This document shows positions 57,124 to 64,000 of a stretch of 64,000 nt of DNA, piece by piece. The stretch is taken from NCBI GenBank assembly GCA_047601445.1, contig JASGJH010000001.1, positions 2,144,001 to 2,208,000 of the forward strand, in the 5' to 3' direction. The notes beneath the pieces are model-generated. The model had not been told where the DNA came from. It worked only from the letters and a program-made list of their open reading frames with translations, and ran no database searches. Source of the DNA: Myxococcales bacterium (lineage in GTDB: Bacteria > Myxococcota_A > Polyangia > Polyangiales > DASUME01). How positions within the stretch are numbered: the stretch's first letter is position 1; each line of letters begins with the position of its first letter. A program made the position numbers and the translations under genes.

Positions 57124-58572
57124 TCAACGTCCCAAAGCGCGAGCCGCGGCGTCGACCCTGGACACGGCCTCCCTCACGCCAGCGGCGTAGGCGGTGGACT
57201 GTCCTGGTTGCGCACACTGCTCGGCGATCCAACGGGCTGCTTCGTTGCTGTTCGCGAAGACCTTGATCGGATAGCTGCGGCGCGTGACGAAATTGATCGT
57301 CGACATGACGCCGCGATGCACGGCGCCCAGGGCTCCCTCCGTGCGCACGACCTGAGCCACGCAGGAGAGCTCGCACTGATCGTAGAACCGCAGTACTTGT
57401 CCGAGCTCCGTGGTGCCGAGGGCCTCGCTCTGAGAGTCGACGATGATCATCAATGCGAACTTGCCGTACTGTACTTGCATGGTGCGGGCGTGGTCGAACG
57501 CGCAGTCCATGAAGCGCGCGCCACCAGGCCCGCGTTGGATCCCCATCAGGCAATCTCGGTAGTGGGCAGCCGCTCCCGCCTCCGTGGGAAGCAGCTCGAA
57601 GTCCGGACGCAAAGGCGCGGCGTTCACCTTCCAGCTCGACCACTCCGGCAGCCCGACAGGATCCGGGTCGGCGGGCACGGTAATACCGTCGATGGCGGCC
57701 GCCTCCTTCAAGGCGTGGGCGAACTCGCGCATGTCCTTGTAGCGCCGACTACGGGAGCGCTCGAGCGCCTTTTCGATGGCTGCACACAGGTTCGGGGGCA
57801 AGCGCTCGCGCACCTCGACCAGCGACGGAGCCGGCGTGGAGACGAGCTCCAGCAACACGCGCGTGTGCGAGTCACCGGCAAAAGGTAGCTGACCGGTCAG
57901 GCACGCGAACAACACCACGCCCATGGACCAGACGTCGGTGCGCGGGTCGAGCTCCTCGCCCAGCGCCTGCTCGGGCGACATGAAAGCAGGCGTACCCACG
58001 ATGGAGCCCGAGCGCGTGAGGCTCTCGCCGCCGTGGCTCTTGGCGATGCCGAAGTCGAGCAACTTGGGTAAGAGCTGGCCCCCTTCCCCGCGCGCGAGGA
58101 AGATGTTTTGCGGCTTGACGTCCCGGTGCAGCACCCCGCGGTCATGGGCGTACGCCACGGCCCCGAAGATGGGTAACACCAGCTGCAGCACCTTGCTCGG
58201 CTCCATCGGACGCGCGAGCCGCTCGACCTCCAGCGTGACGCCTTCCAGCAGCTCGAAGACGAGGAACGGAAACTTCCCCTCGTGCTTGCCCCAATCGAGG
58301 AGCCGCACGATGTTGGGATGCAGGCCCAAGCTGGCGGCCACGTCACCTTCGTTCACGAAACGAGACGTGGTGTCTTCGAAGCGCTCTCCCGAGCGATGCA
58401 GCTTGAGCGCGACCGCCGCGCCCGACCTCAGGTCCGTGGCTGCGAAGAGCACACCGGAGCCCCCGGCGCCAATGACGGCCTTCACGCGGTACCGCTTGTG
58501 CACCACGCTGCCCAACAGGCTCTCGGCGGAGAACCACAGGGGCGCGGGGGAGGACGCTTCGTCCGCGGACAT
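57124..58572 (-). CDS. Hanks-type Ser/Thr kinase with C-terminal STAS/SEC14(SpoIIAA)-like domain
   Basis: [35 protein letters not shown]-terminal [13 protein letters not shown]...[15 protein letters not shown]. Confidence 0.9.
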   Translation of the reverse strand: MSADEASSPAPLWFSAESLLGSVVHKRYRVKAVIGAGGSGVLFAATDLRSGAAVALKLHRSGERFEDTTSRFVNEGDVAASLGLHPNIVRLLDWGKHEGKFPFLVFELLEGVTLEVERLARPMEPSKVLQLVLPIFGAVAYAHDRGVLHRDVKPQNIFLARGEGGQLLPKLLDFGIAKSHGGESLTRSGSIVGTPAFMSPEQALGEELDPRTDVWSMGVVLFACLTGQLPFAGDSHTRVLLELVSTPAPSLVEVRERLPPNLCAAIEKALERSRSRRYKDMREFAHALKEAAAIDGITVPADPDPVGLPEWSSWKVNAAPLRPDFELLPTEAGAAAHYRDCLMGIQRGPGGARFMDCAFDHARTMQVQYGKFALMIIVDSQSEALGTTELGQVLRFYDQCELSCVAQVVRTEGALGAVHRGVMSTINFVTRRSYPIKVFANSNEAARWIAEQCAQPGQSTAYAAGVREAVSRVDAAARALGR

Positions 58573-58696
58573 CACCCCAGCTCTAGCATTGTAGGCCTTG
58601 CGCCGTCCCTCCTGGCGTGCCTGCCCGCCATGGGTTCCATAGGCGAATGCGGCACATTCTCCCACATCGCCTCCCCGTTGCGCGACGCGGCCTCGC

Positions 58697-59692
58697 TCAG
58701 GGCGGCGCGTCGGGGCTCGCCTGAAGCGCCCGTGCGAAGCGCGCGGACAGCGCCTGGAGGGCTTGCTTGAGCTCGGGCGGGTCCAGAATTTCGAAGTCCA
58801 CCCCCAGCATCGCAATGTGCATGGCCAGGCCGTCGAGCCAGTTCGCACCCGTGTGCAACAGGCAGCTCTGCTCGTCCACCGCCTCGAGCCGTCCCGAAGA
58901 AGGCGGCACGCGCTCCGCCATCTGGGCGAGAGGAGCGCGCAGAATCACGCGTGCCTTGAAGCTGTAGGCTTCGGTGGAGACGGAGCGAGACACGTAGCGA
59001 GCCAGGTCGCCCCCGGGCACCTCGCGCGGCACGAAGCGCCCGCCCAGCGTCACCTTGGACTCGCGTGCCCCCGGTCGCGCCGCGATGCGATCCACGCGGA
59101 ACGTTCGAAAGTCCTCGCGGTCGAGATCGAATGCCACCAGGTACCAACGGGTGCCCGTGTGCACGAGCCCCAGCGGCTCCACGTGACGCGAGCTCTCGGC
59201 ACCTCGTCCATCCTGGTAGCGGAAGCGCGCGCGCTCATGGTTGCGCGAAGCCCCCGCCAAGGCGGACAGCACGTCGGCATCCACCGTGGGACCGCTCCAC
59301 GCCAAGGGCACGATGGAGGCGTGGAGGTTCTTCACGCGCTTGCGCAGGTGGGGCGGCATGACCTGCTCGAGCTTCGCGAGCGCGCGCAAGGTGGCGTCGG
59401 CCATCCCGCTGACGGATCCGCTCGCGGTCGTGCGCAGTCCGAGCGAGATGGCGAGGGCCTCATCGTCGTCGAGCAACAGCGGCGGCAGGGCTGCCCCCGC
59501 ACCGAGCTGATAGCCACCCGCCACGCCCGCAGTGGCCTGCACCGGATAGCCCAGGCTGCGCAGGCGGTCGACGTCTCGCCGCACCGTGCGCTCGGTGACC
59601 TCCAGCTCGGCCGCGAGTTCGCTGCCGGTCCAAAAGCGCCTGGCCTGCAAGAAAGACAGGAGCCGCAACAGCCTCGCCGAGGTCTCGAGCAT
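58697..59692 (-). CDS. YafY-family HTH-WYL transcriptional regulator
   Basis: RLLRLLSFLQ, ERTVRRDVDRLRSLGYPV, RWYLVAFDLDREDFRTFRVDRI. Confidence 0.95.
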   Translation of the reverse strand: MLETSARLLRLLSFLQARRFWTGSELAAELEVTERTVRRDVDRLRSLGYPVQATAGVAGGYQLGAGAALPPLLLDDDEALAISLGLRTTASGSVSGMADATLRALAKLEQVMPPHLRKRVKNLHASIVPLAWSGPTVDADVLSALAGASRNHERARFRYQDGRGAESSRHVEPLGLVHTGTRWYLVAFDLDREDFRTFRVDRIAARPGARESKVTLGGRFVPREVPGGDLARYVSRSVSTEAYSFKARVILRAPLAQMAERVPPSSGRLEAVDEQSCLLHTGANWLDGLAMHIAMLGVDFEILDPPELKQALQALSARFARALQASPDAPP

Positions 59693-59715
59693 GGGCACCA
59701 GCCTAGCGAACATTG

Positions 59716-59732
59716 AGGACAGAAGCTGTCCT
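59716..59732. promoter_or_regulatory. Palindromic operator between the WYL regulator and GST
   Basis: AGGACAG-AAG-CTGTCCT perfect inverted repeat. Confidence 0.75.
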
Positions 59733-59782
59733 AGTTAAATCCTAGCCTGCTGCTCGTCCAACCCTTCACTCAGGAGCGAGCC

Positions 59783-60409
59783 ATGTCGATCACCCTCTAC
59801 GAAGCCCCCTTCTCCAGCGCGACCCCCGTAGCCTGTGCCCTGGCCGAGCTGGGCGTCCCCCATGAGCGCGTGCGCTTCGACCTTACCTCGGGCATTCAAA
59901 AGCAACCGGAGTTCCTGGCGCTCAACCCCAACGGTAAGGTACCCACCCTGGTGGTCGACGGAACGCCCATGTTCGAGGCGCTCGCTATCGTGCAATGGCT
60001 GGCGGACCGCTACGGTGTCGCGCGTGGACTCTGGCCAGCTGCGGACGCACCGGACCGGCTGCAGGCCCTGTCTTGGTCCACCTGGGCGTACGTGAGCTTC
60101 GGCTCGGCGGTGCAGCGCCGGCTGTTGGCGAGCAACGAGCTCTTGGCTCCGGAATTGCGCAGCCGCGCGCAACAACAGCTGGCGGAGCAGGACATCGAGC
60201 GCTTGCTCGGTATCTTGGATCGGCGCCTCTCGGAGCGCGCGTTCGTGCTCGGTGCGCAGTACTCGCTGGTGGACCTGGTGATCGCATCCGCCCTTACTTG
60301 GGCCCGCTTCACCGGCGTCTCGCTCGAGGCGCACGCGCACGTGACGCCCTGGCTCGGGGTCTGCCAGGCGCGCGCGGCATTCAAGCAAGTGTGGACGCAG
60401 GCAGCCTGA
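59783..60409 (+). CDS. Glutathione S-transferase family protein
   Basis: FLALNPNGKVPTL, FEALAIVQWL, FVLGAQYSLVDL; AGGAG RBS. Confidence 0.93.
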   Translation: MSITLYEAPFSSATPVACALAELGVPHERVRFDLTSGIQKQPEFLALNPNGKVPTLVVDGTPMFEALAIVQWLADRYGVARGLWPAADAPDRLQALSWSTWAYVSFGSAVQRRLLASNELLAPELRSRAQQQLAEQDIERLLGILDRRLSERAFVLGAQYSLVDLVIASALTWARFTGVSLEAHAHVTPWLGVCQARAAFKQVWTQAA

Positions 60410-60458
60410 ACAAGGGAAAAGCCCGCGAGCCTGGCGTGCGCAAGGACGCGAGATCTCT

Positions 60459-62276
60459 CTAGGCCTCGAGGGAGCGCAGCACCGCCGTGGGCGGAGAGTC
60501 CTTGTCGTGGGGCGTGCCCTCCGGCAGCGCCAGCGTGAACGTGGTGTTGCCTGGCTCGCTCTCCACGTCGATGGTGCCGCCGTGGTCCTGCACGATCTTG
60601 CGTACGATGGCGAGCCCGAGACCCGTGCCGCCCACCTTGCCGTAAGTGGCGAACGACTCGAAGAGGCGCCCGCGAATCTCCTCCGAGATACCCGGGCCGT
60701 CGTCCGTGACGCGGATCAACAGCGCCCCGTCCGAAGCCCGCCGCTCGGTGGAGAGCGTGAGCGTGCCAGGCTTGCCCCCGAGCGCCTCCGCAGCGTTGCG
60801 GGCCAGATTGTGAATGGCTCGCTGGAGCTTGTGCTGATCGAAGTGAGCGACGCCGCGGTCCTGCAGGTCGAGCTTCACCGTCATGCCACGAGCACGGAAT
60901 TCCTGGGCGAACTGCTCCTGCAGATCGCCGAAGAACTTGTGCAGGTACACCTTGCGCACCCACAGACTGCTCTCACCGCGCGCGAACGCCAGGGTCTCGC
61001 GGATGAGGGAGTTGATCACGCCCACCTGGCGCACCACACGGTCGGCCAAGTGTTGGCGCTTGGTCTCGTCGCGCTCGGAGACGAGCAGCTGCAAGGCTCC
61101 CGAGATCACCGTGATGGGGGTCTTGAGATCGTGCAACACGCCCGACAAGAGCTGACCAATCGTGCTCAAGCGCTCCTCGCGCTCACGCCGCTCTCTCGCG
61201 CGCGCTAGCCCGATGGCGCTCGAGACCTGCCCCGCGATCACCGCCGCGAGCTTGAGGTCGTCTTCGGTGAAGTCGGCTTCGCCCCGCGACTTGTTGAGGA
61301 GTTCGAGCGCACCCACGCCGTCTTCCCAGCGCAAGGGCACACACAGCACGCTGCGCGGGTGGTAGCCGATGTCGTTCTCGAGCTCGCGCGAGTGGCGCTT
61401 GTCCCGGTGCACGTCGTTGACGATCTGTGGCTCGCCGTTCGCGGCGACCCAGCCGCAGATGCCCTCGCCCGCCTTGATGCGCACGCGCTTGACGGCCTCG
61501 GGTGCCCCGCCCATCGCGCAGCGGAAGCGCAGGTCACCCGTGTGCTCGTCCGAGAGCAGGATGGACGCAGCCTCTGCGTCGATGGCCAGCATGGTGCGGC
61601 TGAGCACGCCCTCGAGCAGCTCGTCGAGCTTGCCCGCGTTGGCGGCCACATTGGCCATCTCCACCAGCACGTCGAGCTCACGAACCTTGCGCTCGAGTTG
61701 GTTCTTGGTCTCGAGCAGCTCCATGTTCTTGCCGACCACCGACAAGAAGAGCTTGGAGTTCTCCACGCAGACGGCAGCCTGGGACGCCAACGCGCTGAGC
61801 AGCGACTCGTCCTCCACCGTGAAGTAGCCGTCGCGCTTGTTGAGCACCTGGATCACGCCCAGCGTGCGTCCGTGGTGGTTCTTCATCGGCACGCACATGA
61901 TGGAGCGCGTGCGGTAGCCGGTCTGCTTGTCCCAGGCCGAGTCGAAGCGCGCGTCCAGGTAGGCATCCTTGATGTTGAGACTCTTGCCGCTCTGGGCGAC
62001 CCAGCCTGCCAGGCCGTCACCGATGCGCAGCCTGATCTCCACCACCTGCTCGCCCTGGGCTACCTTGGACCAGAGCTCGCCGGTTCCTTCATCGATCAAG
62101 TAGAGCGTGGAGCGGTCCGCATCGACCACCTGGGATACGCGATTGACCACCAAGGCGAGCAGCTCGTTGAGGTCGAGGGTCGACCCGAGCGCCACCCCGA
62201 TATCCTCGAGCGCGCGAACTTTGGCTCGCTCCTGCTCGAGCAACCCCCGGAGCAGCTCGACTTCGCTGGGCGCCAT
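60459..62276 (-). CDS. Soluble GAF-GAF histidine kinase
   Basis: Two GAF domains with NK..FT..D; H-box LHDLKTP; NLARNA, DDGPG, GGTGLGL. Start uncertain (up to 62336). Confidence 0.92.
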   Translation of the reverse strand: MAPSEVELLRGLLEQERAKVRALEDIGVALGSTLDLNELLALVVNRVSQVVDADRSTLYLIDEGTGELWSKVAQGEQVVEIRLRIGDGLAGWVAQSGKSLNIKDAYLDARFDSAWDKQTGYRTRSIMCVPMKNHHGRTLGVIQVLNKRDGYFTVEDESLLSALASQAAVCVENSKLFLSVVGKNMELLETKNQLERKVRELDVLVEMANVAANAGKLDELLEGVLSRTMLAIDAEAASILLSDEHTGDLRFRCAMGGAPEAVKRVRIKAGEGICGWVAANGEPQIVNDVHRDKRHSRELENDIGYHPRSVLCVPLRWEDGVGALELLNKSRGEADFTEDDLKLAAVIAGQVSSAIGLARARERREREERLSTIGQLLSGVLHDLKTPITVISGALQLLVSERDETKRQHLADRVVRQVGVINSLIRETLAFARGESSLWVRKVYLHKFFGDLQEQFAQEFRARGMTVKLDLQDRGVAHFDQHKLQRAIHNLARNAAEALGGKPGTLTLSTERRASDGALLIRVTDDGPGISEEIRGRLFESFATYGKVGGTGLGLAIVRKIVQDHGGTIDVESEPGNTTFTLALPEGTPHDKDSPPTAVLRSLEA

Positions 62277-62357
62277 CCTGCCCACACTCACTGACACCGA
62301 GCGAGTGTCCCACGTTCCGGGGCCGCCGCCAACCACCGAAAGCAGGGTGGACGCCGC

Positions 62358-63554
62358 TCAGTAGCCTTCGCGCATCTCAACTTTGTCACCGGGCGTAAGC
62401 TCTTGTAAGGCTTCGGTAATCAACGCAGTGCACGACTCCGGTCGCACGTAGATCACGCGCGCCTCGGCCACCACCTCCACGGGATACTCCTTCCCCTTGG
62501 GCGGGTTCACGGACGGGCGCTCGGAGCCGGTCAAGTCCTCCCGCAGCGTCAAGTTGTCTCGCCAGGCGTCCCCCTGGCGCACCACCGCGAAGCGATTGCC
62601 GACCTCGACGCCCTGCTTGCTGCCAGCGCCGATGAACACCACCTGGTTTTGCCCCAACGTACCGAGCGGACGCGTGGCCGCGACGATCTCGGACTTCACG
62701 GCGTGGGTGTTGGTCTTCGGCGCAACCTGAGCCAGGCTGCGCGGAGTGTCCGTGACCTCGAAGCCGCGCTCGATGGGGTCGTTGGCCTCGACGATCACCG
62801 CTCGCGCCATGCGCCTGTCTTCGTCGTAGCTCTTGACCTTGAGCACCCCGAGCACCCGCACCACCTCGCCGGAGTCGCGGTGATAGGTGCGCAGCCTGCC
62901 GGCCTTGGGCGTCACCTCGGCCTTGTGGTAGCGCACGAATACGCTGAGCTCCTGGCCAGGCTGAGGCGGCGTGTTCTTCTTGTCGAACGCGAGATACACC
63001 TCGTCGCTCGGAAACAGCATCATGTGGTCCTCGGAGGAACCGACGATTTTGCCGGAGCCGTCGAGTGCGTCTCGGTCGAGGTACACCTGATCGCCGAGTT
63101 GGACGGTGCCCTGCGGCAAGCGCGAGCGGTTGCCGAGAAAGCCCTTGGGACGCAGCACACCGGCCGGCGTGCCGGCGACCGCTTGCTCGCCCGTGCTGAA
63201 GCCACCCTGGGCCCCCTCGCGCAGGCGCAGCACGTGACCCGGGTAAATCCAGTGCGGATTCGTGATCTCCGGGTTGTACGACCACAGGCGTGGCCACTCC
63301 CAGGACGACCTGTAGTAGCGATTGGAGAGATCCCAGAGCGTGTCGCCGGACACCACCGAGTGCGTGTCCGCGCCAGGCATCTGCGACGTCACGAGATCAT
63401 CGGCGGCTACGTGACCGAAGCCCACGGCGGCGCTCACGGCTGAACTCAGGGCCATCCAGGTGAGGCGCCGCTTGAGCCCACGCGCGCTGCACTCACGGCG
63501 CGCCGCTCGCAGCACGTCATGACGGACTCGAGCCAACCTAGTCTTGGGAAGCAT
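62358..63554 (-). CDS. LysM peptidoglycan-binding exported protein
   Basis: HSVVSGDTLWDLS...WPRLWSYNPEITNPHWIYPG; C-terminal VFIGAGSKQGVEVGNRF (FlgT-C-like). Confidence 0.9.
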   Translation of the reverse strand: MLPKTRLARVRHDVLRAARRECSARGLKRRLTWMALSSAVSAAVGFGHVAADDLVTSQMPGADTHSVVSGDTLWDLSNRYYRSSWEWPRLWSYNPEITNPHWIYPGHVLRLREGAQGGFSTGEQAVAGTPAGVLRPKGFLGNRSRLPQGTVQLGDQVYLDRDALDGSGKIVGSSEDHMMLFPSDEVYLAFDKKNTPPQPGQELSVFVRYHKAEVTPKAGRLRTYHRDSGEVVRVLGVLKVKSYDEDRRMARAVIVEANDPIERGFEVTDTPRSLAQVAPKTNTHAVKSEIVAATRPLGTLGQNQVVFIGAGSKQGVEVGNRFAVVRQGDAWRDNLTLREDLTGSERPSVNPPKGKEYPVEVVAEARVIYVRPESCTALITEALQELTPGDKVEMREGY

Positions 63555-64000
63555 CAGGCGTCCTCCTCACTCAACAGGCGCGCAGCTGCGCTCTCGGGGA
63601 ACTGGGTGCGGAGTCGTTGCATCGCTTCCTGAGCGCGCTCCGAAGCTCCGAGGTGACGGTGGCAGAGGCCGAGTTTGAGCAGCGCGTCGGGCGCCTTCTC
63701 ACCGTGAGGTTCGCGCGAGAGCGAGCCCTGGTAAGCGGACAACGCCGCGCCGTATTCGCGCTGGGCGAACAGGACCTCGCCGCGCCAGAACATGGCCTTC
63801 GCGGCGCGAGCATCGGCCGTGAAGTGGGTGAGGAACTCGTCGAGAGTGCGCAGGGCCTGCGGGAAGTCCCGCTGGCGCACGAGATCGATGGCGCGCCGGT
63901 AGAGCTCCCCCGGATCGGGTGCGGGACTCGCCTGGACTTGCGCCACGCTCCCGAGGCTGGGCACGGGAGCCACGGGCAAGCGCTCGGACACCTGCGGCAC
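63554..64000 (-). CDS. cpoB: Tol-Pal-associated CpoB/YbgF TPR protein, 5' end outside the window
   Basis: LYRRAIDL, AMFWRGE, KAPDALLKLG, QFPESAAA; TGATG overlap with the LysM gene. Confidence 0.8.
   Translation of the reverse strand: MPQVSERLPVAPVPSLGSVAQVQASPAPDPGELYRRAIDLVRQRDFPQALRTLDEFLTHFTADARAAKAMFWRGEVLFAQREYGAALSAYQGSLSREPHGEKAPDALLKLGLCHRHLGASERAQEAMQRLRTQFPESAAARLLSEEDA

Overview
GC-rich bacterial chromosomal DNA. The gene content (RomR, a Glt/Nfs-like cluster, MshEN, AgmX/PglI domains, several sigma-54 activators) points to Myxococcota, probably Polyangiales/Sandaracinaceae-like; this is inference. The left 14 kb (mostly minus strand) holds a Glt/Nfs-paralogue envelope cluster: hypothetical, GltC-like TPR, GltD-, GltE-, GltF-like, a degenerate MotA/TolQ/ExbB-like gene and GltG-like. 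These are followed by a stand-alone MshEN c-di-GMP-receptor protein, a secreted helical protein and an outer-membrane beta-barrel of the polysaccharide-export type. The rest is dense in signalling genes: three ECF sigma/anti-sigma pairs, an alternative sigma-70, two sigma-54 activators, a single-domain receiver, RomR, a GAF histidine kinase, a Ser/Thr kinase and a WYL regulator. It also carries DacB, an ABC solute-binding protein, a GldAFG-like ABC system with DUF4340, a polysaccharide deacetylase, a P450, a TSP3 lipoprotein, an octaheme cytochrome, TrmB, a PlsC-type acyltransferase, an acyl-CoA carboxylase pair, GST, LysM and CpoB. I found no rRNA, tRNA, CRISPR or mobile elements. Highlights: an anti-sigma carrying a GltG/TonB-C-like domain, a TolQ-like gene lacking the channel threonines, a clean sigma-54 promoter with enhancer palindromes and a ~190-nt leader, recurrent leaderless-type TANNNT-N6-9-start signals, two operator palindromes, and two or three apparent frameshifts. 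All family calls come from motif recognition by eye, not database searches.
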